A stretch of 34,036 bases of DNA, taken from a virus (Duplodnaviria > Caudoviricetes). The DNA lies in the IMG/VR virus record IMGVR_UViG_3300027813_001929, positions 1 to 34,036 of that record. One strand, 5' to 3'. Made by a program: the position numbers and the translations under genes. The notes below the pieces were generated by a model. The model saw nothing but the letters and a program-made list of their open reading frames with translations. It was not told the DNA's origin and ran no database searches. Below are positions 1-8,392 of the stretch, piece by piece (position 1 is the stretch's first letter; each line of letters opens with the position of its first letter).

Positions 1-255
1 GTTAAAAGGACTTTTAACTTGTATAAATCTTTCTTTAGGCACACCTGCCATAGAAGCTAATTGTTGTTTAATATTAAAGGGGAAAGGTCTAGACTTAGTA
101 TCGTCAGTTGCAGCTACATAAACATTGCCTTGTCCGAACGTTTTTACTGCCCAATCATATAGACTTTTGTGACCTGGATGGAACGGATGAAAACCGCCTG
201 GCATAACAGCCACAACTTTCTTTTTACGGTCTTCAAATAGTTCTCTAAGTCTCAT
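1..255 (-). CDS. Cytidyltransferase-like (HxGH) nucleotidyltransferase, partial (runs off the window start)
   Basis: Not in the ORF track. Manual translation from ATG 255 (ATGA overlap with the TGA of 252..596) gives MRLRELFEDRKKKVVAVMPGGFHPFHPGHKSLYDWAVKTFGQGNVYVAATDD..., which contains the G-x-F-x-P-x-H-x-G-H motif of the HIGH nucleotidyltransferase superfamily. Confidence 0.8.
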   Translation of the reverse strand, partial: MRLRELFEDRKKKVVAVMPGGFHPFHPGHKSLYDWAVKTFGQGNVYVAATDDTKSRPFPFNIKQQLASMAGVPKERFIQVKSPFN

Positions 256-596
256 GTATAGTCGCCTTCTTTAATCTCGTCCATGCATTCACCAAATATC
301 TTGTCAATTAGTTCGTCTCTGTTACTTTGAGTAAACACTTGTTCTGGCGAAGCTCCTAAGTCGTACTGAGCACAATAACGATTGATACCTTTTTCTACTA
401 AATCACCTAAGCATTTATGACGGTCAATCTCTTTGCCACTTCTGTGCATATCGGCTATTTTAGTCATAGCTGGAAAAAGTTCCTTGCGGTAAAACTGTGG
501 GTCGTTACGCATCCATACACTGGTATCGTCAACTAAGTCATAACCTAGATCTGGATCATCTTTTTGTTCTATATCAGTTACTTCAAATATTTTCAT
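252..596 (-). CDS. Hypothetical phage protein (114 aa), possible internal head protein
   Basis: ORF coupled to both neighbours; acidic N-terminus MKIFEVTD. Confidence 0.75.
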   Translation of the reverse strand: MKIFEVTDIEQKDDPDLGYDLVDDTSVWMRNDPQFYRKELFPAMTKIADMHRSGKEIDRHKCLGDLVEKGINRYCAQYDLGASPEQVFTQSNRDELIDKIFGECMDEIKEGDYT

Positions 597-790
597 TATA
601 TACTCTTTCCACGGTTTGCTAGGTAATACTTTAAAAACTTTTTATTATCTTTATGCATAGATGCAGCATCTGGACTAGATTTATAGATTTTCAGCCATCC
701 CTTGTAATGTGGGTCGTCTGCAAGAGTTTTCTCTTTTTTAGGTCCAAAGAGTTTATCCCATATGCCTTCATCTAAATCTATAGCTCTCAT
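596..790 (-). CDS. Small hypothetical protein (64 aa)
   Basis: AGGAG RBS upstream; TAATG overlap with the next gene; N-terminus MRAIDLDE followed by a basic body. Confidence 0.7.
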   Translation of the reverse strand: MRAIDLDEGIWDKLFGPKKEKTLADDPHYKGWLKIYKSSPDAASMHKDNKKFLKYYLANRGKSI

Positions 791-791
791 G

Positions 792-971
792 TTATTCTCC
801 TACAACATCTGCGTATGATGTTCCGTATGGATTAGATGCTATTAAAATATTGTCAGCTTGCGGCAACGAGTCGGTTGATTCTGCTTCCAAATTACTGTCA
901 CCTAATCCGTTTATCTTAGCTAACCGATTACCTAGATCTCTTATTAGTTCTGCTTCTGACTTTTTTACCAT
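792..971 (-). CDS. Small hypothetical protein (about 59 aa)
   Basis: The track gives 792..986. ATG at 971 (MVKKSEAE) overlaps the end of the upstream gene and is the more likely start. Confidence 0.6.
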   Translation of the reverse strand: MVKKSEAELIRDLGNRLAKINGLGDSNLEAESTDSLPQADNILIASNPYGTSYADVVGE

Positions 972-1552
972 TTTCTGCAACTCCAATATCTTGCCTTATG
1001 ACGTGGTCCAGGATTATCACAATTATGTCTTGCTCTGAAAGAGCGTCTTGCTGCTGGATTGTTCTTTTTAATGCTCATAGTTTTGCCTTTAACACTGCTT
1101 CCGCCGTGCCCAAAGTTTACTTTAACTACATTGCCTTTTGGATTCTTAACATACACTTTAAACTTCTTAACATCACCTTGCATAGGTTTGCCTAGTTTAA
1201 CTGTACGTCCTTGGTACTCTGCTTCGTCGATAACGTCATCATCATTGTACCACAACTCGCCATACTCTGCATAAAACTCATCATCATCGTCAAATGTAAC
1301 TTCGTCTAGATCTTCACCTTCGGTTGGAAATTCAATATCAAAGTCTTCATGACCTTCTGCAAACATATAGTTAGCTAAGTGATTTGCATACTCGTCTGCT
1401 TCTTCGTTAGTTAACTGTCTTGGCAACGGAATTTGATACACACTAGCACCTTGTGCTGATTCGTGCAATTCGCTGCCTGGAAAGATACTTTCGTCTAAAC
1501 TTTCGTTTAAACTATTATTCTTTTCCATTACTATGTATACAAAGTTTTCCAT
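965..1552 (-). CDS. Hypothetical phage protein with an acidic N-terminal region and a basic C-terminal domain
   Basis: Acidic half with repeated (L/I)xE sites; basic C-terminus ...VVKVNFG...RRSFRARHNC...KARYWSCRKW, which I recognise from marine phage hypothetical proteins. Confidence 0.8.
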   Translation of the reverse strand: MENFVYIVMEKNNSLNESLDESIFPGSELHESAQGASVYQIPLPRQLTNEEADEYANHLANYMFAEGHEDFDIEFPTEGEDLDEVTFDDDDEFYAEYGELWYNDDDVIDEAEYQGRTVKLGKPMQGDVKKFKVYVKNPKGNVVKVNFGHGGSSVKGKTMSIKKNNPAARRSFRARHNCDNPGPRHKARYWSCRKW

Positions 1553-1561
1553 ACTACTACC

Positions 1562-1915
1562 TTAATGATTTAATATAACGCTGTTAACAGTACCGTCGGT
1601 ATATGTGACTACTGCTCTAACCCAAACATAGTTTCCAGTAAAATTAGTTATAACAGATGAAGTTGTTCCCACATCGTCTACTACTGGATATGCTTGCGAG
1701 TACACTGTAAACCAATCAGCTGCTCCTGGAGCAGTTGCAAGTGTTCCTTGCATAGTTACTGTACCAATAAACCCACTTAGTGAATATTGAACTGTGTGGA
1801 AACCGTCACTACGTCCGTAGTAACCGTCGCCTTTAAATTTCTCTCCAGTCACGGTAGTAACTGTACTATCCCCTGGATGAGTGTTTGCTGATAAGATTGT
1901 TTCGCTATTTGCCAT
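1562..1915 (-). CDS. Small beta-rich putative virion protein (117 aa)
   Basis: T/G/V-rich beta-sandwich-like sequence ending FTGNYVWVRA; ATAAATA motif 5 nt before the ATG. Confidence 0.75.
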   Translation of the reverse strand: MANSETILSANTHPGDSTVTTVTGEKFKGDGYYGRSDGFHTVQYSLSGFIGTVTMQGTLATAPGAADWFTVYSQAYPVVDDVGTTSSVITNFTGNYVWVRAVVTYTDGTVNSVILNH

Positions 1916-1919
1916 ACAA

Positions 1920-2600
1920 CTATTTATCTATCTTTCGATTGTACACTAATTTGTCTATGCGTACTACGTTACTAACAAATAAATTTAGTAATTGCAAGAT
2001 CTTTTCGTCTCTAGCATAAAAATATAATCCACGAGTGTAGCCACTACGTTGTATAGTTTGCAAACATACCGGTCCTGCCTTAGCTTTGTCTGGATTTTTC
2101 TTAATCCATTCGGCTAAATTAGGATCACAGTTATACCCTAACGTGACTTTAAAATTAAAATCAGTAGGGTGCTTAACTAATATTGTATTTGCAGCTAATT
2201 GAGATACATTTTCACTGCTTGGCTCCCAAAATTCAATTACGCCTTTTAGTTTTTTTGACAGCATAACTAACCAATCATAGTCGTGAGAATATATCTGCAT
2301 ATATGGGTTTGATACACGAAGTTTGTAATCAGTTTGTTTAGAAAATTCTATATATAAATTCTTTGCCTCAATAAAAGTGTCAATCTCAATTGGCCGATCT
2401 CGTCTTTCAAACAGTTGAGGAGGGCCCCATTTTAGAGGCTCTCCTTGATCAAATTGTTGTTGTAGTTTACTAAGATCTTCTTTCGCTCTACTTAGATTTT
2501 TGTCTCTAAATATATGCGATAGTGCGTTTACTACAACTAATTTGTACGGGTATTCGTCATAAAATAGTTTAGTAGTTTCAAACTTGTTCAACTGTTTCAT
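1920..2600 (-). CDS. Hypothetical protein (226 aa)
   Basis: Long ORF overlapping the 3' end of clpA; no recognised motif. Confidence 0.8.
   Translation of the reverse strand: MKQLNKFETTKLFYDEYPYKLVVVNALSHIFRDKNLSRAKEDLSKLQQQFDQGEPLKWGPPQLFERRDRPIEIDTFIEAKNLYIEFSKQTDYKLRVSNPYMQIYSHDYDWLVMLSKKLKGVIEFWEPSSENVSQLAANTILVKHPTDFNFKVTLGYNCDPNLAEWIKKNPDKAKAGPVCLQTIQRSGYTRGLYFYARDEKILQLLNLFVSNVVRIDKLVYNRKIDK
1921..1927 (-). promoter_or_regulatory. T4-late-like promoter motif ATAAATA, probably giving a leaderless transcript
   Basis: ATAAATA-GTTGT-ATG with no SD; same spacing as at dnaJ. Confidence 0.5.
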
Positions 2601-4827
2601 GTGATTCTACCTTGAGTGCAATAGCATTGTCAACTACGTCAATAGTTAAGTTGCCACCGTCTTTAAGTGTGCCGAATAAAAGTTCTTTTGCAAGTGGCAT
2701 TTTAATTTCTTTATCAATAACACGTTGCAACGGTCTTGCACCCATTAATGGATCAAATCCTTTTTCTACTAGGTAGTCAAGTGTTTCGTCAGTGATAGCA
2801 ATCTTAACGTTTTTATCCTTAACTTGATCTTTAAGTTCAACAAGGAACTTGCCAACAATTTTAAGCATAATTTCTTTACCTAGTTTATCAAATGTAATTA
2901 CACCATCTAAACGATTGCGGAATTCCGGACTAAAGAATTTCTTAAGGGCTTTATCTTCGTAAGAGTTACTTTGCGACTCTCCGCCAAATCCAATTGTATT
3001 TTTCTCAGAATCAGCAGCACCTAAGTTAGTAGTAAGAATTAAGATACAGTTACGTGCGTCTGCTTCCTTGCCATTACTTCCTGTGATTTTACCATTGTCC
3101 ATAACTTGCAACAAGATTTGTGATACATCTGGATGTGCCTTTTCGATCTCATCTAGTAGCAATACACAGTTAGGCGATTCTTGCAATTTAACAATAAGTT
3201 GTCCTGCACTATCTTCGTGACCTACATATCCTGGAGGGCTACCAATTAGTTTACTTACACTGTGCTTTTCTTGATATTCACTCATATCAAAACGTATAAG
3301 TTTAACACCTAAGTTAGTAGCAAGTGCTTTTGCAGTTTCAGTTTTACCAGTACCAGTCGGTCCCATAAACACAAAACTACCAATAGGCTTGTCTGCTGCT
3401 TTAAGTCCTGCTTGTGCAACAAGAATTTTATCTACAATTGCATCAACTGCTTTATCCTGCCCGTATACTTGACCTTTAATATTGTGTTCAAGATTAGCAA
3501 GATTTTCAGTTTCGCGTTCACTTACTTGTTCTTCAGGCAAGTTAACTGCTTTAGCAAGTTCAAATTGTATTTCATATGCGTCAACAATTTTTTCACCTTC
3601 TACTACTTTTAGATTAAAGCGTGAGCATGCTTGGTCAATTAAATCAATTGCTTTATCAGGTAGCTTCTTGTCAGACTGATATTTGACACTTAATTTAATT
3701 GCTTCGTCGAGTGCCGCGTCAGTAATAGTAGTATTGTGATACTCTTCATAGTACTTCTTAAGGCCTACTAGAATATCCTTAGTTACTTCTGCACTAGGCT
3801 CGTCAACTGTAACACGCTGGAATCGACGCATCAATGCACGATCCTTTTCAAAGTACTTGCGATACTCTTCCCACGTAGTTGATGCAACAACTTTAATGTT
3901 ACCTTTGCTTAGTGCTGGCTTCAGCATGTTAGCAAGATCGTTTGCACTATTTCCGCCACCAGCACCTGCACCACTAATCATGTGTGCTTCGTCAATGAAC
4001 ATAATAGTTTTGCCTTTTTTCTTTAAGGCAGTTAGAACAAGTTTAAATCGTTCTTCAAAGTCTCCTCGATATTTACTACCAGCAAGCATACTACCAATAT
4101 CTAAGTTATAAACATTATATTCTTTTAAGAACTCGGGCACTGTGCCTTGTTCGATATTAAACGCCAAGCCTTCTGCAATAGCAGTTTTACCAACACCCGG
4201 GTCACCTACAAGTAATACGTTATTCTTATTGCGGCGTCCTAGTGCAAGTGCAATAGCATCCAACTCTTCTACACGCCCAATAACAGGATCAATTGACTTT
4301 GCTTTAACTTCGTCATTAAGATTAGTTGTGAATGCACGAAGCGCCTTAGCCGCTGCGCCACTCATTTCTTCATCTTCTTCGTTTGCGTCAACTTCACTGC
4401 TTAGATAAGCAGCAAACTTTTCCTTTTCAAATCCTGCTTGCTCGCAATAATATGCTGCGTGAGATTTCTTCTCACTAATAATACTAAGCATTACATCACT
4501 TAAATCAATATGACTGCGCCCATTAAATAGTGTTTGTGTAAACGCACGATTTAAGCAACGTTCAACAGTAGCAGTTTTCTTAGGCTTATATTTGCCCATG
4601 TCTTCTGCAACTTTAATTTCGTCACACCCTACTTTTAAGTGGTGCTCTAGGTTAGATTTTAAATACTCTGGATCAACTCCAAAATCCTTAACTAATCCGT
4701 AGAAGTTATCACTGCATAGCATTGCAAACAACAAATGCTCAAGTGTAACGTACTCGTGCTTTAAGTTGAAAGCATCCTTAACTGCTTTGTCAAATACTAG
4801 TTGTAGATCTTTACTTGGTTCAACCAT
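2578..4827 (-). CDS. clpA: ATP-dependent Clp protease ATP-binding subunit ClpA
   Basis: Clp N-domain (HEYVTLEHLL); AAA1 with GDPGVGKT and FIDEAH; AAA2 with GPTGTGKT and LLLDEIEKAH; RFDMSEY and GSPPGYVG; IGF ClpP-docking loop at 2986-2994; GARPL; no ClpB M-domain; 749 aa. Confidence 0.95.
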   Translation of the reverse strand: MVEPSKDLQLVFDKAVKDAFNLKHEYVTLEHLLFAMLCSDNFYGLVKDFGVDPEYLKSNLEHHLKVGCDEIKVAEDMGKYKPKKTATVERCLNRAFTQTLFNGRSHIDLSDVMLSIISEKKSHAAYYCEQAGFEKEKFAAYLSSEVDANEEDEEMSGAAAKALRAFTTNLNDEVKAKSIDPVIGRVEELDAIALALGRRNKNNVLLVGDPGVGKTAIAEGLAFNIEQGTVPEFLKEYNVYNLDIGSMLAGSKYRGDFEERFKLVLTALKKKGKTIMFIDEAHMISGAGAGGGNSANDLANMLKPALSKGNIKVVASTTWEEYRKYFEKDRALMRRFQRVTVDEPSAEVTKDILVGLKKYYEEYHNTTITDAALDEAIKLSVKYQSDKKLPDKAIDLIDQACSRFNLKVVEGEKIVDAYEIQFELAKAVNLPEEQVSERETENLANLEHNIKGQVYGQDKAVDAIVDKILVAQAGLKAADKPIGSFVFMGPTGTGKTETAKALATNLGVKLIRFDMSEYQEKHSVSKLIGSPPGYVGHEDSAGQLIVKLQESPNCVLLLDEIEKAHPDVSQILLQVMDNGKITGSNGKEADARNCILILTTNLGAADSEKNTIGFGGESQSNSYEDKALKKFFSPEFRNRLDGVITFDKLGKEIMLKIVGKFLVELKDQVKDKNVKIAITDETLDYLVEKGFDPLMGARPLQRVIDKEIKMPLAKELLFGTLKDGGNLTIDVVDNAIALKVESHETVEQV

Positions 4828-5329
4828 TTGCGTGTTCCTTTATTAGTTTTCGTTGCTTCTTCTTTGCCATTGACAACTTTAATTTACTTGTCCTACTTGT
4901 GAATTCAATTCCTTGAAGATGATCGTACTCATGTAGGAAGCATCTTGCGTCTATCCCACTTAACTCTAGTATACACTCTTTACCGTCAATGTCAAGGAAT
5001 TGTGTTACCAAACTCTTTGGTCTACTAATATTTAATATTAATCCTATGTGACTTAAACACCCTTCTTTGCCTTCTTCTATTTCGTTGCTAACTTCTAGGA
5101 TAACAGGATTAATGACAGCAAATGGTTTAGTAACTTCTGCATGTTGTGTAGGCCGCATTACAAATATCTGTGCGTCTACTCCTACTTGATTTGCTGCAAG
5201 ACCAATGCCGTTCTTTGCCATCATTACTTGGCACATTTCACCTGACACTTGTTTAGCATCCATTGAATCAAAATCAAATGGCTCTGCAACCTTACTTAAA
5301 AATTCATTAGGTGATTTTATCAATTTCAT
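4820..5329 (-). CDS. def: Peptide deformylase
   Basis: All three PDF motifs are present: GIGLAANQVG, EGCLS and HEYDHLQG. Confidence 0.97.
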   Translation of the reverse strand: MKLIKSPNEFLSKVAEPFDFDSMDAKQVSGEMCQVMMAKNGIGLAANQVGVDAQIFVMRPTQHAEVTKPFAVINPVILEVSNEIEEGKEGCLSHIGLILNISRPKSLVTQFLDIDGKECILELSGIDARCFLHEYDHLQGIEFTSRTSKLKLSMAKKKQRKLIKEHANG

Positions 5330-6125
5330 CTTTTATATCCTTTAATTTTTGTAGTATTGTTTTGTCTTGTATATGTGGAACAATTGAGTCTATTTTAATA
5401 TGGGCATTGCCTGGCCTTCTTGAATTTACATTAGGTATGCCTTGTCCTGTTATACTAAACACTGTTCCACTTTTTGTACCTTTAGGCACAGTTAAATTAA
5501 AATTCCTTCCAGCTGGCGTTCTTACTTCAATAGTAGATCCTAAAATTAAATCAAACACAGAAATATTTTGTGTTGTAGTAATGTTATCACCGTCTCTTTT
5601 CCAAGTAGCATGCGGCCCAACTTTAATACTAAGAATTAAATTTCCGCGTTCTGCTTGTGGGAAACTATCGTCGCCTTTGCCTGCAAATCTCACTTGATCG
5701 CCTTGTTTAACTCCAGGTGGTACAGCAGCGTCGAGTATCTCTATTCTTCCACTAGGAAGTCTGTATTGTATGTTAACTGTCTTCCCAATAAATAACTCCT
5801 CAAACGTTAGACCATACTCTATATTAACATCTCTATTACGGATCTGTCTAGTCGGTTGTCTACCAAAACCAAAAGCTGCGCCAAACATGTCTTCAAACGA
5901 TCCAGGTTGCTGTCCAAATGGATGGTGTTGCTGTGGTTGAGGATTATCATACTGCTGTTTTTTAGCAGGATCTCTTAGTGTTTCGTATGCTTCTTGAATT
6001 TTTACGAACTCGTTAGAATTACCACCTCTATCAGGATGGTGCTGCATACTTGCTTTCTTGTATGCTTTTTTTATTTCTTGTGGAGTTGCGTTACTCGAAA
6101 CGCCTAGGGTAGAATAATAGTTCAT
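5307..6125 (-). CDS. dnaJ: DnaJ/CbpA-type (class II) co-chaperone
   Basis: J-domain with HPD (NYYSTLGV...HHPDRGG), G/F-rich linker and DnaJ C-terminal domains; no CxxCxGxG zinc finger. Confidence 0.92.
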   Translation of the reverse strand: MNYYSTLGVSSNATPQEIKKAYKKASMQHHPDRGGNSNEFVKIQEAYETLRDPAKKQQYDNPQPQQHHPFGQQPGSFEDMFGAAFGFGRQPTRQIRNRDVNIEYGLTFEELFIGKTVNIQYRLPSGRIEILDAAVPPGVKQGDQVRFAGKGDDSFPQAERGNLILSIKVGPHATWKRDGDNITTTQNISVFDLILGSTIEVRTPAGRNFNLTVPKGTKSGTVFSITGQGIPNVNSRRPGNAHIKIDSIVPHIQDKTILQKLKDIKDEIDKIT

Positions 6126-6150
6126 ACAATTACTTATCGCATGAACTATT
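6116..6150 (-). promoter_or_regulatory. Hairpin occluding the dnaJ start codon, with a late-promoter motif (ATAAGTA, 6131-6137) in its loop
   Basis: mRNA AAUAGUUCAU-GCGAU-AAGUA-AUUGU-AUGAACUAUU forms 10 perfect bp plus 5 more (two G-U). A second CTAAATA motif lies at 6147-6153. Confidence 0.65.
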
Positions 6151-6168
6151 TAGATATTGTATTACTGA

Positions 6169-6504
6169 TTACTTTTTGGATATTGCTTCTTTAGCATAGA
6201 ACGCTGCTACAATTGCTGCAACTGATACAAAATAAGTAGGAGCCATAGATCCTAGTACTGTTGCTGCTTGATCCAACCCTGCAAATACTGCGGTTACAAC
6301 TGCAAACGGATATAGTAGCATACCAAATAGTGCAAACCATGCCATGTTACGTTGTGCGTCACGCATTAAGTCTTCGTCTTCTAAACGCTTGCGCTTAAAT
6401 TCAAGATCCATTTGCATTTCTTCTGCAGAGATATGTCCATCTCCGTTTGCATCCATTGCTGCTGCAACTGATTCATCGACTGTTACTGTTTTCTTTTCTG
6501 CCAT
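6169..6504 (-). CDS. Membrane protein, holin candidate, with an N-terminal EF-hand-like loop
   Basis: DANGDGHISAEE (aa 18-29), then two hydrophobic helices and a basic C-terminus; lies in the lysis cassette. Confidence 0.7.
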   Translation of the reverse strand: MAEKKTVTVDESVAAAMDANGDGHISAEEMQMDLEFKRKRLEDEDLMRDAQRNMAWFALFGMLLYPFAVVTAVFAGLDQAATVLGSMAPTYFVSVAAIVAAFYAKEAISKK

Positions 6505-6505
6505 T

Positions 6506-6784
6506 TTACTTTCCCTCTAGTTTAGCAAGACGAGCTTCTAACTCGTCAATCTTTTTAGTAACATGAGGGTATTTTTTACGCCAGGCGTCAGTCGGTTGCT
6601 CGAACCAAGTCAATCCCCATCTTACAACTAAGAAGTCCAAGAATTGATCTAGTTTAGCATAGCACCAAAGCCCTGCCCTTGTATCTTTAAAATAAGCTAG
6701 AAATGCAGCGCCAGCTAGTGCGCCAAGTATACTTGTGTATATCCACAATGTATCGCCAGTTAGTCTTTCAATTAAATCCCACAT
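6506..6784 (-). CDS. Small membrane protein (holin/antiholin candidate)
   Basis: N-terminal TM segment (LWIYTSILGALAGAAFLAYF) and C-terminal coiled coil; GAGGGA RBS; next to the spanins. Confidence 0.65.
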   Translation of the reverse strand: MWDLIERLTGDTLWIYTSILGALAGAAFLAYFKDTRAGLWCYAKLDQFLDFLVVRWGLTWFEQPTDAWRKKYPHVTKKIDELEARLAKLEGK

Positions 6785-6811
6785 AGTAATAATCCCTCAA
6801 TTAACTATGTG

Positions 6812-6818
6812 TATTTAG
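6812..6818 (-). promoter_or_regulatory. T4-late-like promoter motif CTAAATA
   Basis: About 28 nt upstream of ATG 6784; overlaps a TAA stop. Confidence 0.4.
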
Positions 6819-7189
6819 TCTTCTTCTGCTGGGATTTCAGGTTTGACAGCTTCTTCATAATAAACAATTATTTGTTTTTGCTGCTCAATGTAGCGTCTTA
6901 GTTCAGCAAAGTTTAAACTAAGGTTTTCGTAGTCTTTAATACTAATAGCAATGTATGCAAGCTCGCCGTTCTTTGCTGAAAACTTTGCAACAAATTCGTC
7001 GTAGTTTTCTGCTGTAACAACATATATCTTAATGTTATTAATTTGCGCACCCTTAGGGCGAGCTACGATTGGTACGGTTGTTTTTACAGTATTAGTTACT
7101 GTTACTATCTGTGGTTCCGGCATCATTGAGCTGCACCCCATTAGGGTCAGTAATGCTGCGGAGATCACTCCATAAGTTATCAGTCGCAT
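6815..7189 (-). CDS. Outer-membrane spanin (Rz1-like lipoprotein)
   Basis: Signal peptide II with lipobox MRLITYGVISAALLTLMG-C (ATG 7189; track start 7207); P-rich segment; overlaps the 3' end of the i-spanin in another frame. Confidence 0.8.
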   Translation of the reverse strand: MRLITYGVISAALLTLMGCSSMMPEPQIVTVTNTVKTTVPIVARPKGAQINNIKIYVVTAENYDEFVAKFSAKNGELAYIAISIKDYENLSLNFAELRRYIEQQKQIIVYYEEAVKPEIPAEED

Positions 7190-7514
7190 TTTGCATCCTA
7201 TTTTCAATCAACCCCGGCTTCTTCTGCGCCAGTGCTGTTAAGTTGTGTTTTTGTAGTGTAGCACGAAGTTCATCTCCGTACTGCTCTGATTTTTGTAACT
7301 CCCGTTGCAATGTTGCACTAAGCTCTGCATTGCGAACTACATCTGCTTGTAAAGTAGCAATACTATCTTCGCTGATTTGTACTGCTACTTCCATTTTTGC
7401 AACATTTTCTCGTGCTGTTTGTAAATCGCTTTGCAGTTTTTGAACGTACAAGTATCCCATTCCCGCAGTAGCGATAACAGTCATTACCATAGCAATTTTA
7501 ATAGCACCAAACAT
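7092..7514 (-). CDS. Inner-membrane spanin (Rz-like)
   Basis: Single N-terminal TM helix followed by a long coiled coil; directly downstream of the endolysin. Confidence 0.8.
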   Translation of the reverse strand: MFGAIKIAMVMTVIATAGMGYLYVQKLQSDLQTARENVAKMEVAVQISEDSIATLQADVVRNAELSATLQRELQKSEQYGDELRATLQKHNLTALAQKKPGLIENRMQNATDNLWSDLRSITDPNGVQLNDAGTTDSNSN

Positions 7515-7517
7515 AAT

Positions 7518-8390
7518 TTATCCTAGTAGTTTTTCCAAAGTTCTTGGACCAGCAATGCCGTCAGCCTTTAAGTCGTTTGCAGTTTGCCATGCTTTTAATG
7601 CACGTTCTGTTCCTGGACCAAATGCTCCGTCTGCTCCAACGCCCAATGCTTCTTGCATCATCTTAACGCCTTCACCTTTGCAACCTTTGCGTAGTACACC
7701 AATGTCATCTACATCAATGTCATCTTCGCCGTCATCTTCGACAATACTTACAGGATTGCCAAATACTTCCATTGCTTTCTTATAACGTGATTGACGATCA
7801 GCAAGTCCGATGTTACCACCGTTGATCTTTTTAGTCATCTTTGTTACGTCATCTGTGTCTGCAATTGAATTTAAATTGTTTGCACCCCAGAACCAGCAAG
7901 CACTTTCAACAGCGCCTTTTTCAGTTGCAACATATGTTGCTGCATCATCTGCTGACATTCCTACTGTTTTACCAAAACGTTCATAGTTATTACGTCCAGT
8001 AAGTTGCTTTAGACCTCGGCCACAAAATCTCCAGCCATCGCCGGTTTGTGTGTTGCCTAGTTGCCCACGTGCAGACCGAAACTCATCTTGATATACATAG
8101 TTTGCAATCATCTCTGGGTTACGTGCATACTCTGCTGCATTGCGTTTCGGCGCTGCGCCAAAGTAACGACCAAACACTGCGTTAAGTGCTTTCTCGCTAT
8201 AGTTTAAGTTTTCTTTAAGTGATCGAAAGTTATTTGATTCATGTGCGCACTGGCTAATAAAGTGAGCCATACGTCTTTCTGTTGTGATACCATACTTAGG
8301 TAAGATATCTACTAATGCTGCATGCCATGCATCGACATTTTTGTTGCCTGGAATTAACAGTGCCAGGTGTTCTTTCTGTAGTTCAAACAT
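7518..8390 (-). CDS. Endolysin: glycoside hydrolase family 19 with a C-terminal peptidoglycan-binding domain
   Basis: FISQCAHES, ENLNYS, GDGWRFCGRGLKQLTGRNNY, TKKINGG; acidic linker; PG_binding_1 pattern LRKG..GEGVK..Q..L..DG.FGPGTE.ALKAWQ...DGIAGPRT. Confidence 0.92.
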   Translation of the reverse strand: MFELQKEHLALLIPGNKNVDAWHAALVDILPKYGITTERRMAHFISQCAHESNNFRSLKENLNYSEKALNAVFGRYFGAAPKRNAAEYARNPEMIANYVYQDEFRSARGQLGNTQTGDGWRFCGRGLKQLTGRNNYERFGKTVGMSADDAATYVATEKGAVESACWFWGANNLNSIADTDDVTKMTKKINGGNIGLADRQSRYKKAMEVFGNPVSIVEDDGEDDIDVDDIGVLRKGCKGEGVKMMQEALGVGADGAFGPGTERALKAWQTANDLKADGIAGPRTLEKLLG

Positions 8391-8392
8391 AA

